DNA from: Octopus sinensis
Lineage: Eukaryota
Length of the DNA: 64,000 nt
Assembly: GCF_006345805.1 (NCBI RefSeq)
Contig: NC_043006.1
Coordinates: 98,146,001-98,210,000, forward strand
Direction: 5' to 3'
A program made the translations under genes and the position numbers. Position 1 is the stretch's first letter, and the number at the start of each line of letters is the position of its first letter. This document shows, in pieces, positions 1-14,611 of this stretch. The notes under the pieces are model-generated. The model searched no databases and was not told the DNA's origin. It saw only the letters and a program-made list of their open reading frames with translations.

Positions 1-799
1 AAATTTTGTGGTTGAGGAGTCGGTAAAGGGATTTATTTAATTCAAAAGGGCTTGAAAAGGGCACACACACAAATAAGCATTTCCTTAGAGACATTCTTAT
101 CGATTTTGTAGAAATTTTACACGTCCCTTAGTGGATGCCAGAATAAAGAGTTGACAAAAATCGATAATTGATCGTGAACGGAGGATTTTAAGAAACCAAT
201 AGGCTTTTCGTACGCAATTATCCATAAGATTATTATTTTATGATGTAACTTTACAGAAGTTATCTGATATTTATGAAATTTGACATTTAAGTAATGTTTA
301 TGGTCCAAGTCATGAAGTAGAATCCAAATTAAACTTGTGAAAGGCAGATATCGTCAAAATTCACGCAATAAAATAATGAGCTCATTTTGAAGAAAATTGA
401 CCCACGAGTTAAATTAAGCACTTCGACCTATGAAACAGCGATTATTCATATAATGTATTGGGATTTGAAAGTCAATGGGATATTTCCATGTAAATAGTCA
501 CATGGATTCTATTTTATGCCATAACCTTAACACATTTCTTCAGATTTTGCTGCGATTGGACACGCTGATCAATTTTGTACAGAGAGTGACATTAAGGGAA
601 TAGAAACATACAAACATCACTCACAATGGGTCGAGGTACGCTCAAAATTTTGAGTGCGATTTCAGACGGTCCATTATGTAAGAGTATGTCGAAAGCGTTA
701 ACCAGGTAAAATCCCTGTCTAAAGAGATATAACATCGTAATGTGTAATAGTTGGGATGGGGAATGTAGAAGATTTCAATACAAGGTCAGAGGTGGGCTT

Positions 800-843
800 A
801 ACTTAAAAACGGAAAACACCAGCAACGCCGGGTCAACAGCTAG
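800..843 (+). mobile_element. Helitron-type 3' terminus (GC-rich motif then CTAG|T) in (TA)n
   Basis: ...CAGCAACGCCGGGTCAACAG-CTAG(840-843)|T followed by (TA)n; the same GCAACGCCGGG motif occurs at the ends of the elements at 30432 and 58790 on the opposite strand. The 5' extent is not determined. Confidence 0.5.
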
Positions 844-864
844 TATATATATGTATATATATAT

Positions 865-900
<36 letters not shown>

Positions 901-902
901 CA

Positions 903-1064
903 CGACGAGTTTCTTTCAGTTTCCGTCTACTAAATACTTTCAAAGCTTTGGTCGACCCGAGGATATAGTAGAAAACACCAGCCCAAGGTGCCATGCTGTA
1001 GGACTGAACGCGGAACCATGTGGGTGAGAAGCAAGCTTCTCACCACACAGCCACGCCTGCGCCT
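903..1064 (-). mobile_element. SINE family C, 5' half (tRNA-like head)
   Basis: Aligns by eye with 36610-36774 and 24120-24267; the minus strand reads AGGCGCAGGCGTGGCTGTGTGGTGAGAAGCTTGC...GGTTCCGCGTTCAGTCC (A/B-box-like). Confidence 0.8.
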
Positions 1065-1197
1065 GTGTATATATATATCCACATATGAATTGCACGGTGT
1101 TCATTTATGTCTACTCTTCTATGTATGTGGCAATGTGCGTACAGCCTTTCCCTTTCAGTATTCGTAAATGTGTCAGCTTCATGCATTTGTATACACA

Positions 1198-1237
<40 letters not shown>

Positions 1238-1898
1238 GATATATATATAGACATACGTTCGCACGTGCACGTCTGCACGCATGCTCACATACACACACAT
1301 ACACACACATGTGCATTCCTATTCATACTAACTACCTCTTGCCGTAGATAAATGTTTCTTGATTTGATTAATTCTAATTCTTGCAGAGGTTGTGAACTTA
1401 ACGAATAGACGATGAGAAATTGTAGAGAAATTGTGGACGTTGAAGGAATAAAATGTAATATGCAATATCAACAATGGTCATTTTCTTAATTCCTCAATAA
1501 TATTCAGTTCCGCTTCATATGCGAATACCTTAAAATGTAATTTGCTAAATGCTATTCATTGACATGAGCTAAGACGTCATTATGTACTGTTTCGCGTGCC
1601 CAGAATATGATTCTTCATTCTGTCTATCTGTAGCGATCAGCAGAGCAGAAAGCTGCATAGTCTTAATAACATTTATCTTTGAGAGACGTATGTCGTATTT
1701 AAGAAACAGTGGGGTACATATAATCTAAATTGGATGTATCTTTCAAGTGTCCATCGCTTTTGAAAGAATTCTGGAATGTTGCCATACACGGTGCTGCTAA
1801 TGATGCATGGTAATGTCTCTTACTTTCTCAGACGTAAAAAGAAACAACGGGGAAAGACTCAGCGAGGTTGTGCGCGGCCGAGAACTGAAACATATCCA

Positions 1899-1940
<42 letters not shown>

Positions 1941-2090
1941 GTGTGTGTGTGTGAGTGTGTGTGTGAAAAGGTAATGAAAGAAGAAGGATGCATGAATTGA
2001 AGTTGAAAATGTCTGTAGGAAGTGTAATGTTGTAGCCACAAAGACATCCTAAATCATAAAAATATAGGAAGTCTGAAATGTCTATATATC

Positions 2091-2460
<370 letters not shown>

Positions 2461-2932
2461 ATTAAGGTATGTAGAAAAATACAACATGGACAAGAACGTA
2501 TAACTCTTAGAAGACGATACAATAAACACAGACAGGACATTCGAAACCCTCAGTCTTCAGTCAAGAACCGGATCATCGTAGTAATTTCGGCTGATTAATC
2601 TTGAGATTACTAGATCACGGCCAGCCCTCCAAGAAAAACTAAGCAACGAGCATTAGAAAAACTAAGCTGGGAGCGTAGATTTCCTGGAAGAAGGATCGAA
2701 TGCATACGGACACCAGGACAGCAAAAGGGACGAATATAAAAAAACAAAAAAATAATGAATACAGATATACATATATATATATATACATATAGACATATGC
2801 ATATATGTACATATACGTATATATATGCGTATATATATATATATATATATACATACATATATATATACTAAACATATGCATCTCTCCCCCTCTCTCACTC
2901 TCTGTATACATACATATGTATATATATATATG

Positions 2933-2973
<41 letters not shown>

Positions 2974-3099
2974 CTAGATATATCTGTATATACATATATA
3001 AAACGTATGTTCGTGTGGGTTTCAGAATAGATAAGCATAAGTGTTTACAGGCTTATGAGAAATGTATTAACAAATATATAGAGAGAAGGAAATGGGAAG

Positions 3100-3635
3100 T
3101 CGATGTGGTAAGCGGAGTAGGAAACATCTGTAATAAATGGCGTAGTGGGGTTTAAAGAGATCGTCAAAATAAATAATTGCGATAAAGCGACTGAACCATA
3201 ATATTCGATTTTTTTTCCTTCTTGATATCTGTTATGAAAACAACTCCATTTCACACCACTGGTTACAATCGGAAACGTCTTGATCTTAATGTGTGTGTTT
3301 GGCAGAAAAGGTAATGATCTAATGGTGAGAAAATCAAGAACAGTAAAAAAGGCAATACAAATCATCGAAATCAATGAACATAAAAGATCAAAATACGAAA
3401 ATAATAGAATAAGAATATATAAAAATAAAATAGTATATGAATTAAAATCAAATGGAATCCAATTGAAATCTGTTGAGTGTTTTCTTTAGAAATATTTATA
3501 AACATTATAGCGTTTGTTATTACTGACTTAATCATAATAGACTGTAGGAATCAAAAAAGAAAAAAAAACAACTCTAACAACTCGAAATCAGTAACCAGAA
3601 TAGTACCCATTCTCATCTCCCAACACCATCTATAA
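3100..3635 (+). pseudogene. Possible very old R4/Dong-type restriction-like endonuclease relic
   Basis: HFTPLVTIGNV...DLMVRKSRTVKKAIQIIEI..KRSKY loosely resembles the PD..D/E..K..KY region at 28500-28640; many stops. Confidence 0.25.
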
Positions 3636-4927
3636 ACACACACACACACAACGAAGATATAAATGAAATTCTGAGCGATATTTGAAAATATATGAGTGCA
3701 TGATTAAATAAAGAGAAGACCACGATTAAAATGTAATTTATTATCGTTATGGAAAAGCGTAAACAACATCACCAACAAAACAGAAAAATAAAATATTCTA
3801 AATATTTCTTAGTCTTGCTTCAGCTGAAAATAGAGATGCTACGCCATAAATAAAGAAACATAGAAGCTAACAAGCAGTTTCAGAGATATGAAAGATTATA
3901 TTGAAATAGAACGTATGTATACTGATTTAATACATTTTATATAATCATTCAACTCATGGTTATTCATCCATAACAGGAATTTGGTTGGATGAAGTAATGG
4001 ATTTCACGTTGTCAATCAGGAAAGTTTTTCTCAAATATTTTGTCTTTGATTTGTCACTCAAGAGAAAATTGTAAAATGTCACGTTTTATATCGTTGCTCA
4101 TTTGTGTTGAGCCAACGTTCTATTATATCTATCATTTAAGTATATATGCCAACGTGATTATGCATCTACCATCCATATAATATCCAGCGTCTATTGTAAA
4201 ATTCTTCTGGTTTTCTCTTTATGGTTGGTAACTATAAGACAAACGATTCATTGCTTATATATTTGAGCATTTATAGGCATATATAACTAGGCATATACAC
4301 ACGCACGCACTCACACACACTTAAACATACATAGATATATAAGAATACACGCTAATAAACAAACTAAGCCTCATAACCATATTATATTGCAAACAAAAAT
4401 ATATAGCGTTCAACTTGCGGATTGCAAGTTAGCTTGATATAATCCAGTATTATAGGTGGTACTTAACACAGAGGATAGTGTCGGCAAATGGCGTAAGAGG
4501 GCTAGAAGACCTAGAAACATAATAATTTAGCAAAGCGCATTGTAACAGAATTACTGCAGAGGAAAAATATACCGGAAGACAGACAGTGTTCAAACATATA
4601 TAAAGTGTATAATAATGGAAGTACGGGAAAAAAAACAATAGAAAATGTTATCTATGTAGGCGAAGACATAAATACAAACTCAGTTATATGCATTGACAAA
4701 ATATCATCGTTTGTACGATAGTCGTTCACCAATACAGTCACAGGCTCCAAAAGCAGACACAGAAACATATTGATACACAGAAACACACAGACACGCACGT
4801 ATGCGTCTGTGTGTGCGTATGTGTGTGTGCTGCGTGTCTACGTATGCGTTGCGTGATTGATGCCATAATAAAATACGAGATTCACACGCACATATACTCA
4901 CACTCACACACAAATATGTACATGTGT

Positions 4928-5055
4928 GTGTGGATGCGTGGTTAAGAAGCTCGCTTTGATACTACGAAGTTTCGGGTTCATTACCACTGCACAGCGGCCG
5001 ACCTATAATTTTGTGAGTGGATTTGGTTGAAAGAAGCTATGTGAGTGCCTGTCAA
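4928..5055 (+). mobile_element. SINE family C, degenerate head fragment
   Basis: GTGGTTAAGAAGCTCGC...GGGTTCATTACCACTGC...GGCCGACC...TTGTGAGTGGATTTGGT matches the reverse complement of 36610-36774. Confidence 0.55.
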
Positions 5056-5066
5056 AAAATACATAA

Positions 5067-5099
<33 letters not shown>

Positions 5100-5356
5100 T
5101 TCATGTATGTATGTATGCATGTATGTATGTATATATGTATGTATGCGCGTGTGTGTGTGTGTGCATATTTAGAAGTATGTAATAGTAAGATAATATGGTT
5201 TCTACAGATGCTAGTGTTGTAATAATAACCCAAATATCTTGGATTCCACAATACTTAAATTTGCAGATACCTGAAACATTCAATGTTTTCATGTGTTTGT
5301 TTTCCAATTGCCAATAGGACCTTCAGTGCTCCCCGTCCTTATATGAGACACTCTAA

Positions 5357-5550
5357 GGCGGAGAGCTGGCAGAATCGTTATCGCACCGGAAAAATACACA
5401 GCAGCATTTTGTCACCCTTAAAATTCTGACTTCAAATTCCGACGAGGTCGACTTTGCCTTTTATCCTTTCGGAGTCGATAAAATAAGTACCACTTGACCA
5501 GTGGATATTGATGATATCGATTTAACATTTCTCTTGAAATTACTAGTGGC
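5357..5550 (+). mobile_element. SINE family B (GGCGGAGAGCTGGCAGAA head), diverged
   Basis: Colinear with the reverse complement of 32213-32451 and 43021-43253, including TTCAAATTCC and CCTTTCGGAGTCGATAAAATAAGTACC. Confidence 0.85.
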
Positions 5551-6358
5551 ATTATATTTACTCGAGGATGTTTAAACAAATATTGTCGAAAATACCATAC
5601 TTTTTTACACAATTACACGCCAGCCATCGTTTCTGAAAACCATGCCCCAGATCGACTCGAAAGCATCTAAAATGAAACTTTAATGTTAGCTAAAAACAGT
5701 GGTTAATATAAACCCTATCAATTCCAGTAACTAACGTAGAATGTTCAGAGCCCTTTTGTAATGAAATTGTCCTTATATAAGTACTATGACAAATCGCTGG
5801 TACTGTTAGAATAATCAGACATACCCTTGAATTCTGATTTAGCTAAAATGTCGGACATTTGCAGATCTATTAGTCCTTCAGTGATATCAATTTTGTGTCA
5901 CCTACAGTTTACTGCATGTAGCTAATGTTTTATAATGTTTGTTTCAAGAGTAACTATATTAACGGAAACAGTAGCGGCTTAGAATTACATTATACATAAC
6001 CACAATATTGAAACAGACGAAATATATTAAAAAGACATCATACATTTTAGGCTCTCTCTCTGAATATTTACATATACGTATTCATGTATCTCTTCTTTCA
6101 CTATATATATATATATATTATATAAAAGGGCTTAGTAAAATAAATTACTTTGCCGCATACTGAACTCATTAGAAATAGTAGCTAAAAAAACTTTTTAAAA
6201 ACTATTTCTAATACTTAAAGAAAACCTCTCTCATATAGTGTTTGCTCAATTCAACTCACGAAAGTATGAGGGTAGAGACATTAAAAAATCAAATGCAAAG
6301 GTTATTTGAGAACGTATGCTCCCACTTTCAGTGTTTTCAAATCCAAACCAAGGAGTTC

Positions 6359-6410
6359 TGAGCTGATGATAGAAATGTCGAGTTGACTAATCTTGAAACG
6401 TACGTTCTCA
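6359..6410 (+). ncRNA. Type I hammerhead ribozyme motif, copy 1
   Basis: TGAG-CTGATGA-T AGA aat GTC gagtt GAC taa TCT T-GAAA-CGTACG-TT^CTCA. Stem I TGAG/CTCA, palindromic stem III ACGTACGT, GUU triplet; first stem II pair is U.U rather than G-C. Confidence 0.7.
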
Positions 6411-6916
6411 AATAACCTTTGCATTTGATTTTTTAATGTCTTTACCCCCATACTTTCGTGAGTTGAATTGAGCAAACACTATATGAGAGAGGTTTTCTTT
6501 AAGTATTAGAAATAGTTTAAAAAAAGTTTTTTTAGCTACTATTTCTAATGAGTTCAGTATGCGGCAAAGTAATTTATTTTACTAAGCCCTTTTATATAAT
6601 GTAATAATTTGAATTCGCCTTAAATGGTCCCTTGCATACTGAATACTTGGTGAAATTGATTAATAATTAATTAATTTTACCCTCAATTGTTGAAATTATA
6701 ATTCATCTCTCTCTATTTAATGCCTCGGATTTTACCGAAAAAGCATAGTGTTTACTGATTTTAACTCACGCTGGTGGAAAGGGGAGAGCAGAAATTCTTC
6801 GCTTGCATATTTGAGTTTGCTGGCACTGTTAGTTTCGAGCAGATCTTCAGAAGCGATAAGAAGCCGAAAGGGTATGCTCCCACTTTCAGTGTTTTCAAAT
6901 CCAAACCAAGGAGTTC

Positions 6917-6968
6917 TGAGCTGATGATAGAAATGTCGAGTTGACTAATCTTGAAACGCACGTTCTCA
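6917..6968 (+). ncRNA. Type I hammerhead ribozyme motif, copy 2
   Basis: Same as 6359-6410 except stem III reads CGCACG (T>C breaks the palindrome). Confidence 0.6.
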
Positions 6969-7250
6969 AATAACCTTTGCATTTGATTTTTAATGTCTTT
7001 ACCCCCATACTTTCGTGAGTTGAATTGAGCAAACACTATATGAGAGAGGTTTTCTTTAAGTATTACAAATAGTTTAAAAAAATTTTTTTTAGCTACTATT
7101 TCTAATGAGTTCACTATGCGGCAAAGTAATTTATTTTACTAAGCCCTTTTATATAATGTAATAATTTGAATTCGCCTTAAATGGTCCCTTTGCATACTGA
7201 ATACTTGGTGAAATTGATTAATAATTAATTAATTTTACCCTCAATTGTTG

Positions 7251-7301
<51 letters not shown>

Positions 7302-7303
<2 letters not shown>

Positions 7304-7589
7304 GTTTGTTCCTTTTCAAGCTATGCCTGGTCCATAGGCTTCCATGGCGTATAGGTTCCCCACTTGGACAGGACGCCACTCAGTCGCAGATGAGCTGCAA
7401 GATGCAAGAGGAAAGAGTGAGAGAAAGTGTGGCGAAAGAGTCAGCAGAAGTTCGCCATTATCTTCTGCCGGAGTCGCGTGGAGCTTAGGTGTTTCGCTCA
7501 TAAACACACACACACCCTGGTCTGAGATTCAAACCCACCATCCCTCGACCGCGAATCCACTGCTGTAACCACTAGGCATTGTGCCTCCA

Positions 7590-7590
<1 letters not shown>
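7302..7590 (-). mobile_element. SINE family A (tRNA-derived), variant 3' body
   Basis: Minus strand GTGGAGGCACAATGCCTAGTGGTTACAGCAGTGGATTCGCGGTCG...GGTTTGAATCTC; body matches 9595-9890. Confidence 0.85.
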
Positions 7591-7657
<67 letters not shown>

Positions 7658-7704
7658 ATATCTATCTATCTATCTATCTATCTGTCTGTCTGTCTGTATG
7701 TCTG

Positions 7705-7748
<44 letters not shown>

Positions 7749-7765
7749 ATCCATCTATCTATCTA

Positions 7766-7861
<96 letters not shown>
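7591..7861. repeat. (TATC)n/(TA)n microsatellite
   Basis: Direct reading; source of the YLSI/IYLS pseudo-ORF. Confidence 0.95.
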
Positions 7862-7863
<2 letters not shown>

Positions 7864-8061
7864 TACGCACTTTAGAAACTCAACTGAACTACAGATTGAT
7901 GACATACATGCAAGTTAAGCAATATTTTCTATTGAGGATTGCTACTAAGAAAACAAATTGCATTTCCAAGACACAAAGTTCATAATTAAGCCATATAATT
8001 TGATACGAAATCCATATAAACTGTTGAAACGGATTAGCTGGCAATGCAAATATATATATAT

Positions 8062-8112
<51 letters not shown>

Positions 8113-8749
8113 TACGTATCAATCGTACTCCATGACTGGTTAAAATAAAGTATATTCTGACATATTTACGAGGAATTATTAGCAAAGCATACACGCATCT
8201 GCTTGTGCTGTGTCATTCTGAATTTTGAAATATTATTCTTCTCGCTCATTTGTATTCTATTCTGTTCCGCCACATATTTCGTTCAACTGTAGCTGCTTAT
8301 TGGGATTACGCTTTACCCATATCAATGTTATGTTATTGGTAACATAAAACTATCCTGAGGCGTTTAATGTTTGTTCAAAGCATAACGCATTGATGATATT
8401 CGATGCCACTAATGGAAATATGTCACTAAACGTATTCCCAGTGATTGCATATAATGCGTTATTATAGCGACAAGTCAATTATTTATTGAATGTAATAACG
8501 AGAGACAAAACCACACTGCGCTGGTGAACCAAGCGAGAAAAAAATCAAATAATTTGTAAGAAACAAAGTTAAGAATAAGACTACATATAAACACATATGA
8601 ACATCGAAAGTTGAAGCATTGTGGCGGAGATGAGGATGATGATGTTGATAAAAATAATAATAATGATAATGCTCATATGTGTATGTAATGTATATTTGCG
8701 TGCATATATATATATACATATATACATACACACATATATATATATACAT

Positions 8750-8787
<38 letters not shown>

Positions 8788-8804
8788 GTGTGTGTGTGTG
8801 TATT

Positions 8805-8873
<69 letters not shown>

Positions 8874-9594
8874 TGCCCAAGAGATTTAACAATGTCCGTC
8901 TATAAATGCTGTCTCAGCCGGCATGTTAGTTTTAGTCATCCGCAGTAGATAGAATAATTACCAGTATTCTCTACTATAATCAAAATTAGCCCAAACACCT
9001 ACCTACCAAATAATGGCGACAAACAGATCTAACACAAAGTCTATGTTTATATAGAGATACATTTATAAACTATGAGCAGTCAAGTGTATATACTTACATA
9101 CAAAACTCGCTCAATTGAAATGTAGGCTGTAATGGTAAATATACAATATACTGTATGTACTAGAATAATAAATTACTATTTCAGATCGATTTTATACACC
9201 AAGCGAAAAATATATCAAATTCTCGTATGAATATTCTTCTTTCAATAATTGAAAATTGAAAACGGAAAGTTTGCGTCGACTAAATGTAGATAATTACATT
9301 TCAACATGTTTAACAACAGAAGGCAGATTTCGCATTGCTGTTGCTATGGTCATTGTTTTTAACGCCGACAAGAAAAACCTCCATAAAAGATCGTCTACTG
9401 TATATGTGTCTGAAAACAGAATATGCAATAGTTCGCAATTTATGTTCGTGTACTGGACTGTTATGTCTACAGGCATTTGAAGAGCGATTATGTTTGTCCC
9501 TATCCCATTACTACCTAACCCTTTCTTTGCTAGCTTCTGATTGGCTCCCTAATTGTAGTTCAAACACTTCAATATCGCCATTCTTGTAGTTATT

Positions 9595-9890
9595 GTGGAG
9601 GCACATGGCCTAGTGGTTACAGCAGCGGACTCGCGGTCGAAGGATCGCGGTTTCGAATCTCAGAACAGGGCGATGTGTGTGTTTATGAGCGAAACACCTA
9701 AGCTCCACGCGGCTCCGGCAGAAGGTAATGGTGAAACCTCTGCTGACTCTTTCACCACAACTTTCTCTCAGTCTTTCCTCCTGCATCTTGCAGCTCACCT
9801 GCGATGGACCAGCGTCCCGTGCATAAACATATACGCCAAGAAACCGGGTAACCAGCCCTTATGAGCCAGGCATGGCTCGAGAAGGAACAA
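9595..9890 (+). mobile_element. SINE family A with 13-bp TSD
   Basis: Head GTGGAGGCACATGGCCTAGTGGTTAC...GGTTTCGAATCTC (A and B boxes); CATTCTTGTAGTT at 9579-9591 and 9891-9903. Confidence 0.9.
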
Positions 9891-12447
9891 CATTCTTGTA
9901 GTTGCAATTAGCATTTTCCTCTTCTTGGTGGTTTCACTTTGCCTTTCACGATTGCAATTGAAATTCATACAAGTATCTTCGATGACTCTGCAAGGTCTTT
10001 ACATTCCATATCTGTTAAGTACTCGGTGTCCAAATTCCGTCATGGGCAATATGCCGTTCAACCTCTCAAATCAATATATAAAATAATCATCTAGGTTTAG
10101 CAGAGTTTGTTGAGCGTTGGAGGGCGTACCTAGTGCAGTGCTTTCAACTCTTGGATTTCTGCACTCATATCCTGCATGAAATGTCAAGTCTTCCCTGTGG
10201 CTAAGGCTATGGGGCTATTGGACTGCAGCTGGTTTTTAAAGCTGCAATTGTTGAATTAGGAAAACAGTGGCCGTCATTTAACATAGGCGTATTGTGATAA
10301 CGCTGCTAGCAAATTATTTAGAACTACTGTGTATATATATATATTAGTCAGTACAAAATGCTGTTCAAAATTGTAAGTGCTGGTCATAAAAGTTTGTGTG
10401 CGTTTAACTAATAAAACATTGTTAGTATGTATATGTGCTATTAAAATTACTTTTAAATATAAAAATAAGTTAACAGTAATAAATCAAATACTGCAAGTGA
10501 CAAGATACTATATTTTGTGAGGTTATCTCGAAATCTAGAACTTTAAAATATCAATAAATTTAAGCTTGTGTACGAATGCTAATACAATATATTCATATAA
10601 TACATACGTTTGTCTTTTTGTTTTTTTTTTGTTAACGTTCTCTATCACAAAAACTATGTCTGAAATGTCAAGAAAATGCTTTCTTAAAGCAAAGTGTTGA
10701 ACAACTTATGGATTCTTAAAATGTAAAAGCATTTCGGAACGACAAAATAAGAGAAAAAAATTATGCACACACTGGCGCGCGCGCATACACAACTGGAACT
10801 AGAATGCTTTTAAAGAAGTTGAAACTAACTTTCTGTATTTTTTCGCTGTTTGAAATATTGTGATCAATGTTAAAAACAACTTTGTTATATTACTGAAACA
10901 TTCAAAATGTTTTTTTCGGTTGTTCCGAAAATTTCATAATATTAAGATACTCTAAAATATGTTGTTTATATATGTTTTCAATATGGACTTTATGGACATT
11001 ATATTTAACTATTAATAGTAAAGTCAAAGAAATATATATTTACAGATGTATATGATTCACGAAACGTCTGTCAAATTACATATGAACTGTGAGATGACAA
11101 CAGTGAAATTCGGTGATTGTTACGTCAACAAGTATTGAAAGCCCACCTGACATTGAAGATTTGGTCATTCAAAGCTGACATTTAAAACAGTGCCTTAGAG
11201 ATTAACAAAAATACAAACGTATATGAAATAAGCATAATTCAGTTGTTACGGAATAAAAAATGCGAGCTGCATCGTGATGATATAAGCAACGAATCTTTGG
11301 GCTGACTGTATAGCGGTCTTTTGATTTAAATGGGATTATCTACATTTTTATAACCAATCCATTTGTTTGTCCCTCTCTGTTAAGTTGAAATTAATTGAAC
11401 TCGAATCATTGTGTCTAATCATCCACTGATGAGTCTCCATCATTCGGAAAACACCATTCCAATGGTGTTTATAAATAGTTTATAAATAGTTTTTAATAGC
11501 TACAAAAGTACAATCAAGACACATCCATTAAATGAAATACTGCACCGAATAATATTGGTCTAAATATATCGTGTTTGAAAACCATAGAGTATATTGACGG
11601 ACAAAGCACGCATTTGAACTAAATATTACTTGGAGCTAATCAATAACATTATAACCTGAGCAAAATCAAAGAAGGAAATCTATGACACACTTCTTATTTT
11701 TGTTTCGTCATTTCCATTAACTATATACGCATCTAGATTACGTTTTTGACATTAGAGCCATTTCTTTAATTAAATGTGCTGCCATTGTTACTAAACGGTT
11801 ATTGGCTGTTTTAAGAGGATTATAGTAAACATTCTCTTTATAGATACAAGCCGAAAACAAATGCGTGTAATCTAATCTATTGTCACTAAAAGATGCTTCT
11901 TATTTTTATAAAACATAAAAATAAAATGCCATAATTATTGAAGATAAAAGATTATTGTAATAATTATAATGATAACTGTAATTATTACAATGATAAAACT
12001 GCACCCTATGACAGTAGGAAACAGCACGCTATGACACATGATTTAAATGGCAATATAATACCTATGCTTCAAATCCTTATAGTTGACCGACATTTGTTTG
12101 AAGAACTGCGCAGCGTTTTGACTTTGTATCTCTTAATGTGTGTGACAATGTTTAGTAAAATATTCATTATGATGATAGGGAATGTCATGTTTCTGACGAT
12201 TTATGAAACGTGTTTGCAAATGCATATCATACACAACCCCCCACACACTCACACATACACATGCAAGACGCACACAAACACAGACACATACAAATGCGTG
12301 CACTCTCACACAGATGTGTGTATGTATATATATATATATATAGTAGTAACAGAAAAGGAGGAATTTCGGGCACCCCCACGTGGTGAGTTGTATTATATAT
12401 AAGAAGTTAAAAAAAGAAAATACACAATATTTACATAGTTTTAATAT

Positions 12448-12478
12448 ATCGACCGGTTTCGCTTTTGCTATTCATGAT
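12448..12478 (-). ncRNA. Degenerate minimal hammerhead motif
   Basis: Minus strand ATC-ATGAATA-GC AAAA GC-GAAA-CCGG-TC^GAT: stems I, II and III pair (palindrome ACCGGT) but the core has two substitutions versus CTGAAGA. Confidence 0.5.
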
Positions 12479-13505
12479 TTACTTATTTACTTATATTTAC
12501 TTATATTATGGTTTACTTATTTGATAATGTATTTTCTTAAGAAGAAATTTTCGTCCATGTTTGTGTCATGATACTCACGAGTTAATACTTTATATATATA
12601 TATATATATATACATATATATATTGGTTGGTAGGTAGCTGGATAGGGATAGATGGCTAGATAGAGAAAGAGAGAGGGAGGGAGAGAAGGAAAGCGAAATT
12701 ATTGTGCCTCTGCAAGTGTTTATATCTTTATATATATGTATACGCAAAGCCACGTGCATACAGAATTGTGCAGGTATGTGTGCAAGTGCATATATACCCA
12801 AGCACATTTACATTCGCATATACTTACACCTATGTATGAATATACACGAAGAAATTTCAGTTTGTCTGACTATTTTATAAATGTTCGCTACTGGTATGCA
12901 AGAAGGCGTTAAAATTTAAAATGACCTTGTCTTTCCTCTTGCATCTCTTTCCAAATCTCGCTACCCCGCTCTCTCTCTCAATCACTCACATACACCGTTT
13001 CTAAAGACATACATTTTTACCTAATACCGAACACTTTACTCACATAATTTAATGAATCTATAAATTATTTTACCGCCCATCGTATAAATCAGTTCACATT
13101 TCAATGCATTAACATATATCTTCACTCCGCCCCTCAGTCATTCTTACACTCTTTTAAATTAATGCATACTTTAAGCTAAAAACTTAACGTTCCCGCCTCT
13201 TTTCTTTCATGTAAATTTCTCTATCACCCTTAGCTTTTGCGCCCACCAACCAATTAATCTATCCATCAGTCTATCTATTTATCTCTCTATCGATCGATCG
13301 ATTAATCAATCTGTCTTTGTCTTTATATATATACATAACTATACACACACACATACACACACATTCACGTATATCATATGACCCGCAGATATACATACGT
13401 ATACATATGTGTGTGATAGATAGAGCGTGTGTGTTTCTTGCACACATGTATATATACATATGTTCATACGCACACACGCATGTGCATATATATATGTATA
13501 TATAT

Positions 13506-13594
<89 letters not shown>

Positions 13595-14526
13595 TATAAT
13601 GTATGTATATATATATATATGTATATATATACATATATATATATATATATTATATATATATATGTGTGTGTGTGGTGTGTGTGTGTGTGTGAGAGAGAGA
13701 GAGTGTGTATGTATGTGTACGCGCTTCTGAACATGTGACTCTATTATAATCCTTTATTCATTTCATTCTAGAAGTTCTCACTAATTGCTTCATTCTTCAC
13801 CGCTCCTTTGTCTCTCTCGCTCTCTCGCTCGCTCTCTCTCTTTCTCACTCTCTCTCTCTCTCTATCTCTCCTATGACATTCATTACTCGATCCCTTTCCA
13901 CCCATACTAACGTTTTTCTTTCTTTAGCTTTTTCCCATTGTCGAAATAAAACCATATTAATATTTCTTATCCTCCACCCAAATAGTTTGTCCATGTCTAC
14001 CAACCACCCAATTTTGCACTCTGTCTCAAACAATCGCCAACACATAAACAAATACATACCATCTAACCCACACCACATCTCTCTTTATATCTTGAAGCAC
14101 CATTTCTCATGACAAAGTTCATTATTTTCCTCTTTAACTAAACATCGATCTAGGCATCACTCTGTAGAGAATCATCGAAGCATAAAACCATTTATTTACT
14201 CAGTGGCCAATGAATGTCCGAGCGGAAAATTTATCATGTGTTTCAGCGGCATCTCAATTAACCTTTTCTATACATAAAAGTCTAATCTAATTTAAAACTT
14301 CACAAACTATCTTGTTCTAAATCATACACACATGAAGTTTTGACTGTTGAAGTTCAGGATGAATTTTGAAATGGATGGAGCTAAACGTCAATTATATATA
14401 TATATAGTGAAGTCTTTCTATTGGTCGATTATAATAATTACGAATGTGATGTACATACACGCGAATATACATACATATACACCCACACGCATACATATGT
14501 ATGAAAAATGATAATGGTATCCATAC

Positions 14527-14611
<85 letters not shown>

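Larger units (their letters stand above)
6117..7258 (+). mobile_element. Non-coding HHR-bearing element: 1.7 tandem copies of a ~558-bp monomer plus a 200-bp 5' inversion (retrozyme/PLE-like)
   Basis: 6314-6700 is repeated at 6872-7258; 6117-6316 is the reverse complement of 6401-6600; both ends abut (TA)n; each monomer carries an HHR motif. Confidence 0.8.

Noticed and set aside
2530-2770. PLE-LTR-like repeat with CTGAAGA and CAGCC-GAAA on the minus strand
   Set aside because: The two half-cores are not in a foldable order and lack matching stems.
6811-6856. Antisense CTGAAGA...GAAA in the monomer (possible second-polarity hammerhead, viroid-like)
   Set aside because: Stem II (TCTGCTC) and stem I do not pair and the triplet is GUG, which is not cleavable; not called unless the family consensus restores it.
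6761-7114. 117-aa minus ORF in the 558-bp monomer
   Set aside because: No recognisable motif; starts at GTG and overlaps the antisense of the structured repeat.
8390-8427. TTGATGA-TATT...AATG-GAAA-TATG-TC motif
   Set aside because: C3 is mutated and there is no stem I; could be chance in AT-rich DNA.
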